Origin: an uncultured Candidatus Micrarchaeota archaeon
GTDB taxonomy: Archaea > Micrarchaeota > Micrarchaeia > Anstonellales > Bilamarchaeaceae
DNA length: 64,000 nucleotides
Reading direction: 5' to 3'
Assembly (NCBI GenBank): GCA_963714085.1
Contig: OY970229.1
Location: 160,001 to 224,000, forward strand
The position numbers and the translations under genes are program-made. The notes beneath the pieces are model-generated. The model was not told the origin of the DNA, searched no databases, and saw only the letters and a list, made by a program, of their open reading frames with translations. This document shows, piece after piece, positions 17,018 through 27,450 of the stretch. The stretch's first letter is position 1, and every line of letters begins with the position of its first letter.

Positions 17018-18623
17018 CTTCCAGCCCCTCGAATTCCTTCAAGGGCGCTTTCCGATATCTCCCCTTTTTGTCCATACTGACAAGCCCTTCGTCCAGGACC
17101 TGCCTGTCTATGAACAGGCGCGTCGGCTTCATCCCGGAGTCTATCCTCTGGTTTATCCCTTCCATGGCGTATTCCATGCACCGGTCGACCCGGTCTGGTG
17201 TGAGGATGGTGGACATCGGCTGGTTCGAGCCCGCGGATTCCAGCAGGCGGTATATGCCGTGGTTCTCCTGCGCATGGTAGCCGAGCTTCTTTGCGACGCG
17301 GGGGAGGAACCAGCCGGCGCTGATCGGACGGACGCCGGAAGGCCGGACTTGGCTGTAGGCCGGATGGCCGGGCACGTCGGCCGCTTCGCTCCCTGGCATG
17401 AACCGCAGCCCGTTGAAGTTCAGGTAATCCGGCCCGCACGAGAGCGCGAACCGTATCGCCTCCAGATCGTCCTCCAGCGTGGAATGCGCGTATCCGCTTA
17501 TCCTCGCCCCGCCGGAACCGACGACCGCCTTGGGAAGCCCGAGTATCATGAAATAGGAGCTGGGCATGCCTGCCAGCCCGAGGCTCCTGAAGAACGCCCT
17601 GACTTTGTCAGGATACAGGAAGGATTCCCGTATCTGGCATCCCTCTTTCCCGTTGAACTTCCGCTGGGCCAGTATTACCTCTGGTTTGGAATGCTCCACG
17701 CCCGCGAACAGGTAGACGCAGCCGTTCTTCGAGAAGAAGCTGGCGTCCGCTTCGCTGAGCATGTCTATGCGCGTGTTCGTGCCCCAGACGAATCCCGCCT
17801 CCTTTAGCGCCAGCGCCTCCTTGCGCGCCAGCTCTGGGTTTATGGTGAACGTGTCCACGTCTATGTACGCTGCCTCGAAACCATCGGCTCTGGCTCTCGC
17901 CAAGTGCTCCTTGAACCTCTCCAGGTCCAGCCGGACGATCCCTCTCTGCTCCGCGCTCTTGTTGCAGAAGGAGCAGGAGTAGGCGCAGCCGCGCTGGGTG
18001 AAGAGCTCGACGGTCTTGAGCTGCCTCCCGTTCCGGACGAAGATGTCCATGTCGTGCTTGTCCGGGACGTGGGTGAAACCGAAATCCTGGTCTATCGCAT
18101 CGAAGTTTTGTACCCGCTCTGCCCTTGAGAAGTGGAATGCGCCCTGCCTGTCCACGAAACATAATCCCTGTATGGAACCGAGCTCGTTCTCCAGTCTCCC
18201 CCTGGACACGGATCGGGCGATGCGCACGATCCCCTCCTCGCCTTCCCCGTTGAAGAACGCGGTGATCTGCGGCATCTCGGCGATCACGTCGCCTATGCCC
18301 TTGGACACGTAGCCGCCGGCTATGATAGGGACGTTGAGGCCTTTTTGCTTCAGGTGCGAGCGGAGCTCCATGGACGCGGAATCCAGTTCAGGCAGCTGGG
18401 GCGACTGCACGCCTGCGAATGCGACCAGGTCCGCGCCTTCGGCTGCCTTGCAGATATTTTCTATTTTCACATCCGGCCGTTCCATGTCCAGCTGCTTCAC
18501 TCTGGCGAATCCCGCGTTACGCAGCGCGGACGCTAGCACCGGCAGTGCCTTGTTCGCCCCGTTGAACGTGCGATGGCGCAGCGGAGGGGCGGTGAGCAGG
18601 ATCATCGGGTCATTTGCCATCAT
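16989..18623 (-). CDS. Cobalamin-binding-domain radical SAM enzyme (class B-like)
   Basis: N-terminal B12-binding-like features (PIIAGG, FNGEGEE), TQRGCAYSCSFC, DVDTFT, GVEH and MILGLP; start overlaps the upstream gene. Confidence 0.88.
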   Translation of the reverse strand: MMANDPMILLTAPPLRHRTFNGANKALPVLASALRNAGFARVKQLDMERPDVKIENICKAAEGADLVAFAGVQSPQLPELDSASMELRSHLKQKGLNVPIIAGGYVSKGIGDVIAEMPQITAFFNGEGEEGIVRIARSVSRGRLENELGSIQGLCFVDRQGAFHFSRAERVQNFDAIDQDFGFTHVPDKHDMDIFVRNGRQLKTVELFTQRGCAYSCSFCNKSAEQRGIVRLDLERFKEHLARARADGFEAAYIDVDTFTINPELARKEALALKEAGFVWGTNTRIDMLSEADASFFSKNGCVYLFAGVEHSKPEVILAQRKFNGKEGCQIRESFLYPDKVRAFFRSLGLAGMPSSYFMILGLPKAVVGSGGARISGYAHSTLEDDLEAIRFALSCGPDYLNFNGLRFMPGSEAADVPGHPAYSQVRPSGVRPISAGWFLPRVAKKLGYHAQENHGIYRLLESAGSNQPMSTILTPDRVDRCMEYAMEGINQRIDSGMKPTRLFIDRQVLDEGLVSMDKKGRYRKAPLKEFEGLEVRIAAPDRL

Positions 18624-19668
18624 GATCCCCGCGTATGTTATAAAGCTCAATATCGTCAGCTGCCTTGAACGGGCATGTGGATTGGTTCGTATCGAGCCAC
18701 AGACCCATCCGATCAGCCAATTTGTGATTGACCTGCTTCAGCATCTCCGTCCGCTCGCGTACCGCGACGCGCTCGGCTACCCTGACGAGTTCCACCGCCT
18801 TCTCCAGCCCTAGGTCGGAGATGTTTCCGATGGTATCTCTGATATCCTGCATCGTGCAGTAGGAGACGAAGCCGTCCTGGTTTATGCGTATCCCGTAGCT
18901 GGCGAAGATGCAGGTGATCCCGACATACCCAGACTCCCACGAACCCAGCCTGTACTTCGCCTCTTTTATCCTCTCTTTGCCGACCCGGAGCTGGTCCCGG
19001 TTCTCGTATGCCCTTCCCACCAGGCCCAGCTGGTCCACCATGAGCAAAATCCCCTTGCTCTCGCAGAACTCCTGCAGGCTGGCCAGGCCGTCGATGTTCA
19101 TGGCCGTATAGACGGCTGCGACTCCGATCCTCGTCAAGCCGTCCTGGACGCTCCCGTAACCCGCATCTATGAGTTTCCCTATGGCGTCGTACGCCTTCGC
19201 GAACGATCCTTCTTTTCTGGTGATGGCGTCATGGATTTTCGCATCGAGCGATTCGAGCTTCACTAGCGGGGAGACGTTGTTCTCGAAAAGGAATTTGGCC
19301 ATCGGCCCGTCGATGTCCTGCGCCGCGGTGTATATCACGCTCGTCATGCCGAGCGAATGCGCGTGGGACACCACTTCGGTGAAACCAGGATCCAACAAGG
19401 GCTCGCCAGCGCCGGTCGCGACGAACGTGCTGGCGCCGAGCCTTTTCGCATCATCCAGGATGGCTTTCCTGTCCTGGGTGGTGAGCTTGCCCTCCCGGTG
19501 ATCCGTGAAGCAGTATAGGCAATTCAGCATGCAGTGGCCGCTGAAATAGAGGTCAATGAAATGGAGGCCTTTCGGATTTTTCGAGAAATCCACATCGTGC
19601 AGCCCGACCAGGCGCTTAGGTGCGGAGCTGTCCGTGTATTTCCCGGTCAACAGATGCAATTGCTTCAT
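18610..19668 (-). CDS. Radical SAM enzyme with Twitch/SPASM-like C-terminus
   Basis: CMLNCLYC, TGAGEPLL, CIFASYGIRINQDGFVSYC and a terminal CPF. Confidence 0.9.
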   Translation of the reverse strand: MKQLHLLTGKYTDSSAPKRLVGLHDVDFSKNPKGLHFIDLYFSGHCMLNCLYCFTDHREGKLTTQDRKAILDDAKRLGASTFVATGAGEPLLDPGFTEVVSHAHSLGMTSVIYTAAQDIDGPMAKFLFENNVSPLVKLESLDAKIHDAITRKEGSFAKAYDAIGKLIDAGYGSVQDGLTRIGVAAVYTAMNIDGLASLQEFCESKGILLMVDQLGLVGRAYENRDQLRVGKERIKEAKYRLGSWESGYVGITCIFASYGIRINQDGFVSYCTMQDIRDTIGNISDLGLEKAVELVRVAERVAVRERTEMLKQVNHKLADRMGLWLDTNQSTCPFKAADDIELYNIRGDHDGK

Positions 19669-19773
19669 ATAACATCACCAATAATAACTACTATTCCATG
19701 TTAAATATAATTATCTAAAAATTATTCTCACAAAATGACAATGCTTATATATTTACTGTTACAATAGTAAAAT

Positions 19774-20787
19774 ATGGACAATGTCTATATTCTTGATACC
19801 AAGGACAGGAAGATACTCGCTGAGCTTGACAGCGACGCCAGACAGTCCAACAGCGAGATAGGGAAGAAGGTCGGCCTCAGCAAGGAGGTCGTGAAATACC
19901 GGATAGACAAGCTCATGGAGAGGGGCGTCATACTCCGGTTCCATACGATAGTGAACTATTTCCGCATCGGCATCATGAAGTACAAGCTCTACCTCAAGCT
20001 GAAGAACGTCAACAGGAAAAAGCGGGAGGAGATAGGGCGGCATTTCTCCAGCCACCCCAGGAGCGAGTGGGTCGTGCTCACCAGCGGCAAATGGGACATG
20101 ATAGTAGGGTTCTACGCGAGGAACGTGAACGAGTTCGACGACGACGTCCTCGCGGCGATGAACCGCTTCACGGACTGCATCCAGGACAAGGCCGTGACGA
20201 CCACGCTCTATCTGGCGCACCAGATGCGCGGCTTCGTAGAAGGCCGCGAGGAGAAGGAGCCCTCGACTGTCGTCTATTACACCACCAAGGACAGGCTGGA
20301 GAAAATAGACCGGCTGGACGAGGAGCTTCTACGGACGATCGCAAACAACGCCCGCATGCCCACCACCATGATCGCCAAAAGGCTGAAGACCACTCCCAGG
20401 GTGGTGCAGTACCGCATCAGGGAGCTGGAGCGGAAGAAGGTCATACTCGGATACAGGTCGCACCTCGAGCCGAAGGCCATGGGGAACCTGTTCTGCAAGG
20501 CGATAATCTACCTGACCAACGCGAACGAGGAGAGGATAAACTCGTTCATCGGCTTCGTGTCGTCAATGAAGGGCGTTGTCTGGCCCCAGAGGGTGCTCGG
20601 CTCGTGGGATTTCGAGATAGACTTCGAGCTCCCCAGCTACGACGAGTTCCAGGAGAGCATAATGAGGCTGAAGGAGAGGTTCCCGGACATAATGAAGGAC
20701 CAGGACTTCACGATAACGTACAAGGAGTTCAAGCTCGACCTGTTCCCAGGAGCGATTCCGTCGGTCAAGGAGGATGCGAAGGCGTGA
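19774..20787 (+). CDS. Tandem (double) Lrp/AsnC-family transcription regulator
   Basis: Two HTH units (LDTKDRKILAELDSDARQSNSEIGKKV and IDRLDEELLRTIANNARMPTTMIAKRL), each followed by a RAM-like domain with GxWD. Confidence 0.92.
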   Translation: MDNVYILDTKDRKILAELDSDARQSNSEIGKKVGLSKEVVKYRIDKLMERGVILRFHTIVNYFRIGIMKYKLYLKLKNVNRKKREEIGRHFSSHPRSEWVVLTSGKWDMIVGFYARNVNEFDDDVLAAMNRFTDCIQDKAVTTTLYLAHQMRGFVEGREEKEPSTVVYYTTKDRLEKIDRLDEELLRTIANNARMPTTMIAKRLKTTPRVVQYRIRELERKKVILGYRSHLEPKAMGNLFCKAIIYLTNANEERINSFIGFVSSMKGVVWPQRVLGSWDFEIDFELPSYDEFQESIMRLKERFPDIMKDQDFTITYKEFKLDLFPGAIPSVKEDAKA

Positions 20788-20855
20788 ACAGGCGCTTCGT
20801 GGTCGCTTAGCGTACCGTGGGAGAACGGTGCGCCGATGGGCCTGTGCCGCTCCCC

Positions 20856-21464
20856 TCAGTCAGGCCCCTGGTAGAGGACCACGCAGGAACCGTCGTCGAG
20901 CCCGCATGAGACGTTTCCTGCGAGGAGGAACTCCGGGCACATCCCGGGTTTGGAGTATATGGCGCCGTATTGCGAAGAGACGTTCGCGGCGTATCGCTGG
21001 TTCACGCAGACGAACTGGCTCGGCACGTTGTTGTCGCACTGGCTTATCAGCTCCTTGGCGCAGTCGGAGGAGGAGTTCGCATGGAACATGCCCTCGTCCA
21101 GGCTGAATCCGGCTCCGGCCGAATTGTTCAGTTCCTGCGCGAGGTTCACCTCTTTGGATCCGGACGCGTTGATTGGCGGGACCGGCTCGTTGGGGCAGTT
21201 GTACACCGCGCCTGGAACCGCGCATCCGTCGGACGCTATGCCGCAGACGTAGCCGTCAGGGCACGTGGCCGGGGGTTCGGTCCCGTTCACGGATGTGTTG
21301 TTGGCGGGCGTCGGTATCGGAGGCACGCACGGAGGTATGTTGTTCGGAGCGCGGCAGGACGTCACTCCGTTGCAGGTCACGTTGATGCAGCTCACAGGCG
21401 GCGTCGTGGCGCAGCCGAAAAGGAATACCAGGATTATCAAACCCGCGAAGCCAATAAGTCTCAT
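20856..21464 (-). CDS. Cys-rich lipoprotein-like surface protein
   Basis: LFGC lipobox-like signal; many Cys and NxS/T sites. Confidence 0.75.
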   Translation of the reverse strand: MRLIGFAGLIILVFLFGCATTPPVSCINVTCNGVTSCRAPNNIPPCVPPIPTPANNTSVNGTEPPATCPDGYVCGIASDGCAVPGAVYNCPNEPVPPINASGSKEVNLAQELNNSAGAGFSLDEGMFHANSSSDCAKELISQCDNNVPSQFVCVNQRYAANVSSQYGAIYSKPGMCPEFLLAGNVSCGLDDGSCVVLYQGPD

Positions 21465-21522
21465 GCCATCACCGGATATATGGGTTCGCGTGATGGCAAT
21501 AAAAGGGTATGCGCCGCCGCGC

Positions 21523-21858
21523 TCATTTCCCGGACTTCTTCGCGGACTCTATCTCCCTGGTGAGGGACCAGCTCAGGACGGTCCGTATGGCGACCGTGAG
21601 CGCCACGGTCAGGATGTCGTTTATGCCGGTTGCCAGGACCAGGCGCACCAACCCTGAGGCGACGAAGAGATCCAGGGATATGATTATCTTCTGGATGAAC
21701 CAGAGCTTGGCGTCCTCGTAATCGCCGAACAGGTTCTTGCGCGAGAGCTCGGCCCTGACCATCTTCACGACCGCGACGATCACTCCGTAGATGAGCAGGA
21801 TTATGCCCAGCGCGTCTATGGCGAGCGCGACGTAGTTCAGGAGGTCGGTGACGTCCAT
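21523..21858 (-). CDS. DUF1622-like membrane protein
   Basis: IIISLDLFVASGLVR and VAIRTVLSWSLTREI pattern. Confidence 0.8.
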   Translation of the reverse strand: MDVTDLLNYVALAIDALGIILLIYGVIVAVVKMVRAELSRKNLFGDYEDAKLWFIQKIIISLDLFVASGLVRLVLATGINDILTVALTVAIRTVLSWSLTREIESAKKSGK

Positions 21859-21972
21859 GGTGGGGTTAGCGAAGTCATGGCTTAAGAAACTTGCGCCCGC
21901 GCCACAGGACAGAGACCGCCCCCAGCAATTTAAAACATTTCTCTCCATAAGAAGCGAATCAGCTCAGGAGGG

Positions 21973-22656
21973 ATGATGATGCAGACAGGACTGGCTCGTT
22001 CAAGATCCGGCTATTCGATAAAGAGGGCTCTCGCGTTCGCAGCGCTCGGCTTCCAGGTGCTCACAAGCCAGATGATGGTGTCCTGCACCGAAAAGGACCA
22101 GGCTCCGATCGTAGCTCCGAAGAAGGACAGAAAGCAGCTGAACCAGGAACTCCTGCAGGCCGCGGAAAAAGCGGATTGGAGAGCGCTGGTCGATGCGCTC
22201 AACGGCGGGGCGGACGTGAACGCGAGGAACAAGGACAATAGGACGGCGCTGATGGGGATCGCCGGGCTGGAGAGCTGGGGACGCACGACGGCTACGACGA
22301 GCGATGGAAGCGGCATGGATGCCGCCAGGTTTCTGCTCGCGAAGGGAGCGAAGGTGGATGCGAAGGACAACCGTGACCAAACGGCGCTGATGGTTGCTGC
22401 CGGGATGGGGAACAGGGATATCGCAGAGCTCCTGATGGCGAACGGCGCAGATGTGAATCTAAAGGATATCGATCGCGAGACGGCGCTGACCAGGACCGCC
22501 GTCACGGGCGATGCCGAACTCGCGAGGGCCCTCATGGAGAGAGGGGCGGACGCGGATGTGAAGAACGTCAAGGAGGGCAGGACCGCGCTGTCGATCGCAG
22601 TCAGGAACGGATGCACGGCCACCGAGCAGTTCCTCAGGAAGCGCGGGGCCGATTAG
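21973..22656 (+). CDS. Secreted ankyrin-repeat protein 1
   Basis: Signal peptide ending VSC; GADVNA...TALM repeats. Confidence 0.92.
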   Translation: MMMQTGLARSRSGYSIKRALAFAALGFQVLTSQMMVSCTEKDQAPIVAPKKDRKQLNQELLQAAEKADWRALVDALNGGADVNARNKDNRTALMGIAGLESWGRTTATTSDGSGMDAARFLLAKGAKVDAKDNRDQTALMVAAGMGNRDIAELLMANGADVNLKDIDRETALTRTAVTGDAELARALMERGADADVKNVKEGRTALSIAVRNGCTATEQFLRKRGAD

Positions 22657-22980
22657 GGACCGATTAATTCCGTGGATGCTCCAAGGCGCAGATCCCGCCG
22701 CCGAGACACTGTTTTCGGCCTGGATGCCCCTCGCGCATGCTTGTTAATCGAGGACCGTCCCGTTGCTCACCTCACTGAGCACGTACTTGTTGCCGGAGCC
22801 GCAGCGAAACGCGGGTTGTTCCCGACCTGGTCCGTGGCGATCACGGAGAGCGGGCTGTCGGCCGGGACTCCACCGCCCCCGAAGCCTCGCCCCATCGGGA
22901 TCATGCATCTGCAGTTCTGGCTACACACGGAATTGCAACGAGCATAACTGTTAAAAGACATCCCCTGTAACATAAGTCCC

Positions 22981-24327
22981 ATGTTCAACTCAAAACAGCT
23001 CTATAGGACGTGCAAGGCTGCTCTCGTCGGCATCGCCCTCTCGCACGCAGTCTCGGGATGCGCTCCGCTGGTCGAAGCCAGGCGGCCGAGCACGACGGTA
23101 GCAGCGCAGCCGAGCGTAGCTGTCTCGGATGACACCGGAAAGGGCCAGATCAAGCAGCCGAACGCGATTGGATCTGGCAACACGAATAATCCGGTTGGAA
23201 AGGACTCGGAACAGAAATGCGTTCTTTGCTCGCCGGGTGTGAAGGATTTTGAATCGGAGCGGCTGCTTTCGTTCGCTCGCACGAAGGATGCGAAGCTTGT
23301 CGAACGGCTAATCGCAAGTGGAGCGGATGTGAATACGCACGATATGAATGGTTTTACGGTACTGATGTTGGCCGTCATGGAAGGGCATAAGGAGATCGTA
23401 GAGCTGCTGATCGCGCATGGAGCGGATGTGGATGCTAAGGACATGGATGGTCAGACGGTGCTGGGGTGGGCCGCTTTCAAAAGGCAAAAAGACATCGTCG
23501 AGCTGTTGATTGCACATGGAGCGGACGTGAATGCAACGGCTATGGGGGGGCGTACAGCGCTGTCAGGGGTAGCTTTCGACGGGTGCAAGGAGATTGCCGA
23601 GCTGCTGGTCGCGCATGGGGCGGATGTGGATGCTAAGGATGTGTTGTCTGGTTCCACGCCACTGAAGACCGCTGCTATAGAGGGGCATAAGGAGATCGTA
23701 GAGCTGCTGATCGCGCATGGGGCGGATGTGGATGCGAGGGATGGGTATGGCATGACTGCGCTGATGTGGGCTGCCATGAAGAGCCAAACAGAGGTTGCAG
23801 AGCTGCTGGTCGCGAAAGGAGCGAATGCGAATACGAAGGACTACTACGGCATGACCGCGCTCATGTATGCTGCAGAGGAGGGGCACACAGAAACAGCCAG
23901 GCTGCTACTGGAAAAGGGTGCCCGGGTGGATGCAAGGAACAGGATTGTCGGTAAGACAGCGCTCGTGTATGCCGCAGAGAGGGGGCATACAGAAACGGTC
24001 AGGCTGCTCCGGGAGAAGGGTGCGGATGTGAACGCAAAGGATTACACCAGCGAGACCGCGCTCATGCAGGCTGCAGTTAATGGGCAAACAGAAACAGCCA
24101 AGTTGCTCCTGGAAAAGGATGCCGATGTGGATGCAAAAACCACCACTGGCGCGACCGCGCTCATGTTCGCTGCAGATAAGGGGCAAACAGAAACAGTCAG
24201 GCTGCTCTTGAAAAAAGGCGCTGATGCGAACGCAAAAACCAACAATGGCAAGACCGCGTTCGATTGCGCAGTAGAACATGGCCACACGGAAACCGCCGCT
24301 CTCCTGCGCGCGAAGATGGCCAAATGA
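22981..24327 (+). CDS. Secreted ankyrin-repeat protein 2
   Basis: VSGC lipobox-like signal; about 10 ankyrin repeats; ends LRAKMAK. Confidence 0.93.
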   Translation: MFNSKQLYRTCKAALVGIALSHAVSGCAPLVEARRPSTTVAAQPSVAVSDDTGKGQIKQPNAIGSGNTNNPVGKDSEQKCVLCSPGVKDFESERLLSFARTKDAKLVERLIASGADVNTHDMNGFTVLMLAVMEGHKEIVELLIAHGADVDAKDMDGQTVLGWAAFKRQKDIVELLIAHGADVNATAMGGRTALSGVAFDGCKEIAELLVAHGADVDAKDVLSGSTPLKTAAIEGHKEIVELLIAHGADVDARDGYGMTALMWAAMKSQTEVAELLVAKGANANTKDYYGMTALMYAAEEGHTETARLLLEKGARVDARNRIVGKTALVYAAERGHTETVRLLREKGADVNAKDYTSETALMQAAVNGQTETAKLLLEKDADVDAKTTTGATALMFAADKGQTETVRLLLKKGADANAKTNNGKTAFDCAVEHGHTETAALLRAKMAK

Positions 24328-24560
24328 ACTCGCCCGTCGGACCTGCGAAAGGATCCTGAAGCTTCGCGCCATCGTGCAGCGGCGGTCCTGGCTTCACACG
24401 AAATCGCAAAGGGCACAACTCTTAAAAAACATCCCCAGCAACATAAGTGCCATGCTCAACACAAAACAGCTCGGTAGGACGTGCAAGGCGACCATCTTCG
24501 GCTTTTCTCTTTCGCTCATGGTCGCGGGATACCATCCGATGGCGGAGGCCAGGCAGCCGG
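24305..24560. repeat. Conserved ankyrin-array junction unit (gene tail, intergenic region, promoter, next leader)
   Basis: GCGCGCGAAGATGGCCAARTGAACTCGCCCGTC...GAAGCTTCGCGCCATCGTGCAGCGGCGGTCCTGGCT...TTAAAA...CATAAGTGCCATG recurs at ~25530-25790 and ~26629-26790, with partial copies at ~27430-27465 and ~22915-22990. Confidence 0.9.
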
Positions 24561-25552
24561 ACGCGGCGGCCGCAGAGCGGCCGGGCAAGGCTGTTTCAGA
24601 CAGCGCGCTGCGACGTGGCATTGAATCACTCGAACGTCAGCGGCGTCAGCGAGCTAGGAATAGGGCTTCAGACAGCGCGCTGCTCCATGCCATTGAATCA
24701 CAGGATATGGAAGGAGCCAGATCCGCGATCACGGCCGGGGCGGATGTGAACGCAAAACACAAAAACGGCTGGACCGCGCTCATGGTTGCTGCATTGAAAG
24801 CGGGCACAGAGATGGTCAGGCTGCTGGTGGATAAGGGCGCTGATGTGAATGCAAAGGACAGCGGCAACAATGGCTGGACCGCGCTCATGATTGCTGCATC
24901 GAAAGGGGACACAGAGACGGTCAGGCTGCTACTGAAGAAGGACGCTGATGCGAATGCAGAGGATAACGACAGCGGCTGGACCGCGCTCATGTATGCTGCA
25001 TCGCATGGGCACACAGGAACGGTCAGGCTGCTCCTGGAGAAGGGCGCTGATGTGAATGAATCGGTCCACGGCGGCGTGACCCCGCTCATGTATGCTGCAT
25101 GGCATGGGCGAACAGAGATAGCCAGGTTGCTCCTGGAGAAGGGCGCTGATGTGAATGCGAGGGACAACGACGAGTCAACCGCGCTCGTATGGGCTGCACG
25201 GTTTGGGAGAACGGAAATAGCCAAACTGATCCTAGATAAGGGCGCTGATGTGAATGCGAAGGACAAAGACGGCGAGACCGCGCTCATGCATGCTGCAACA
25301 AATAGGCGAACGGAAACAGCCAAACTGCTTCTAGATAGGAGCGCTGATGTGGATGCGAAGGACAAAGACGGCGGGTGGACCGCGCTCATGCATGCTGCAT
25401 CGGCAGGAGCCACAGAAATAGCCAAGCTGCTCCTGAAGAAGGGCGCTGATGTGAACGCGAAGGGCGACCACGGCAATACCGCGCTTGATATGGCCATAGA
25501 AAACAATCACACGGAAACCGCCAACCTTCTGCGCGCGAAGATGGCCAAGTGA
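24452..25552 (+). CDS. Secreted ankyrin-repeat protein 3
   Basis: Start MLNTKQL inferred from the paralogs; ankyrin repeats; ends LRAKMAK. Confidence 0.92.
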   Translation: MLNTKQLGRTCKATIFGFSLSLMVAGYHPMAEARQPDAAAAERPGKAVSDSALRRGIESLERQRRQRARNRASDSALLHAIESQDMEGARSAITAGADVNAKHKNGWTALMVAALKAGTEMVRLLVDKGADVNAKDSGNNGWTALMIAASKGDTETVRLLLKKDADANAEDNDSGWTALMYAASHGHTGTVRLLLEKGADVNESVHGGVTPLMYAAWHGRTEIARLLLEKGADVNARDNDESTALVWAARFGRTEIAKLILDKGADVNAKDKDGETALMHAATNRRTETAKLLLDRSADVDAKDKDGGWTALMHAASAGATEIAKLLLKKGADVNAKGDHGNTALDMAIENNHTETANLLRAKMAK

Positions 25553-25676
25553 ACTCGCCCGTCAGACCTGCGAAAGGCTCCTGAAGCTTCGCGCCATCGT
25601 GCAGCGGCGGTCCTGGCTACACACGAAATCGCAAAGGGCACAACTCTTAAAAAACATCCCCAGCAACATAAGTGCC

Positions 25677-26651
25677 ATGCTCAACACAAAACAGCTCGGT
25701 AGGACGTGCAAGGCGACCATCGTCGGGGTTTCTCTTTCGCTCATGGTCGCGGGATACCATCCGATGGCGGAGGCCAGGCAGCCAGACGCGGTGGCCGTAG
25801 TGCAGCCGGACAAGGCCGTTTCAAACAGCGCGCTGTTCCGTGCCATTGAATCACGGGATGTTGAACAAGTCAGATCCGCGATCGCGGCCGGGACGGATGT
25901 GAACGCAAAAAGACATGGCACGACCGCGCTTGAGAGTGCTGCATGGGACGGGCAAACAGAAACGGTCAGGGTGCTGCTGGAGAATGGCGCAAAAGTGAAT
26001 GCTGACTCAGGCGGCGCGCTCAGGGGCGCTGCAGGGAATGGGCACACAGAAACGGTCAGGCTGCTGCTGGAGAATGGCGCAAAAGATGCTAGCTCAGGCG
26101 GGACCGCGCTCATGGAAGCTGCATATGATGGGCGAAAAGAAGCCAGGCTGATATCTTTTCGTCCGCTTTTTCCTCTATTACGGAATTACCACCGGGCATA
26201 TAATGGGCGAACAGAGATAGCCAAGCTGTTACTGGAAAATGGCGCAAAAGTGAATGCAAAGAATGGCTCAGGCGCGACCGCGCTCATGATTGCTGCGCAT
26301 GAAGGGCAAACAGAAATGGCCAGGCTGCTACTGAAAAAGGGCGCTGATGCGATTGCAAAGGACAACACATACGGCTGGACCGCGCTCATGTTTGCTGCAG
26401 ATGAAGGGCAGACAGAAACAGCCAAACTGCTTCTAGGGAAGGGCTCCGATGTGGATGCAAAGGACGAACACGGCGAAACCGCGCTCATGATTGCTGCATC
26501 GAAGGGGTACACAGAAACAGTCAAGCTGCTACTGGAGAAGGGTGCCGATGTGGATGCAAAGAACGAACACGGCGAAACCGCGTTCGGTAATGCCACAAGA
26601 ATGGACCACCCTGACATCGCCGCTCTCCTGCGCGCGAAGATGGCCAAGTGA
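25677..26651 (+). CDS. Secreted ankyrin-repeat protein 4
   Basis: Leader nearly identical to gene 3; one repeat carries an AT-rich in-frame insert (ISFRPLFPLLRNYHR); ends LRAKMAK. Confidence 0.92.
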   Translation: MLNTKQLGRTCKATIVGVSLSLMVAGYHPMAEARQPDAVAVVQPDKAVSNSALFRAIESRDVEQVRSAIAAGTDVNAKRHGTTALESAAWDGQTETVRVLLENGAKVNADSGGALRGAAGNGHTETVRLLLENGAKDASSGGTALMEAAYDGRKEARLISFRPLFPLLRNYHRAYNGRTEIAKLLLENGAKVNAKNGSGATALMIAAHEGQTEMARLLLKKGADAIAKDNTYGWTALMFAADEGQTETAKLLLGKGSDVDAKDEHGETALMIAASKGYTETVKLLLEKGADVDAKNEHGETAFGNATRMDHPDIAALLRAKMAK

Positions 26652-26775
26652 ACTCGCCCGTCAGACCTGCGAAAGGCTCCTGAAGCTTCGCGCCATCGTG
26701 CAGCGGCGGTCCTGGCTACACACGAAATTACAACGAGCATAACTGTTAAAAGATATTCTCCGCAACATAAGTGCC

Positions 26776-27450
26776 ATGTTCAACACAAGAAGGCTAACAA
26801 TGACGTGCAAGGCGACTGTTGTCGGGGTTTCAATCGTGGTTGCTTTGTCAGGATGCCACCCGAAAACAGACAAACTGGGTCTGGCCATGGAAAACGCCAT
26901 CACTTCCGGGGATGTGAAGAAGGTCGGATCGCTGATTGCATGTTGCGTGGACGTGAATGCGAAGGACAAAGATAACCACACCGCACTCATGTATGCTGCA
27001 GAGCTTGAGCAAACAGAAACAGCCAGATTGCTCATGGAGAAAGGCGCTGACGTGAATGCGAAGGACAAAAACGGCTATACTGCGCTCATGGTTGCCGCAT
27101 TGAGAGGGCAAACAGAAACAGCCGGGCTGCTCCTGGAAAAGGGCGCTGGTGTGGATGCGAAGACCCACGACGGCTGGACTGCGCTCATGGAGACCGCATG
27201 GTTTGGGCAAACAGAAACAGCCAAACTGCTACTGGAGAAGGGTGCGGATGTGAATGCGAAGGACAACTACGACTGGAACGCACTCATGGTTGCTGCGGAG
27301 TATGGGCGTACAGAAACGGTCAGGCTGCTACTGAAGAAGGGTGCTGATGCGAATGCCAAGGATATCAGTAGCAAAACCGCTCTCGATATCGCCGTAAAAT
27401 ATAGCTACGCTGAGATCGCCGACCTTCTCCGCGCGAAGATGGCCAAGTGA
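26776..27450 (+). CDS. Secreted ankyrin-repeat protein 5
   Basis: LSGC lipobox-like signal; ankyrin repeats; ends LRAKMAK. Confidence 0.92.
   Translation: MFNTRRLTMTCKATVVGVSIVVALSGCHPKTDKLGLAMENAITSGDVKKVGSLIACCVDVNAKDKDNHTALMYAAELEQTETARLLMEKGADVNAKDKNGYTALMVAALRGQTETAGLLLEKGAGVDAKTHDGWTALMETAWFGQTETAKLLLEKGADVNAKDNYDWNALMVAAEYGRTETVRLLLKKGADANAKDISSKTALDIAVKYSYAEIADLLRAKMAK

Noticed and set aside
22672..22950. Short ORFs between ankyrin genes 1 and 2
   Set aside because: No consistent frame or motif; possibly a decayed gene remnant, but this cannot be supported.
24278..24451. N-terminal extensions of ankyrin ORFs 24278 and 25599
   Set aside because: They run through the repeated intergenic/promoter unit; paralog alignment puts the starts at 24452 and 25677.
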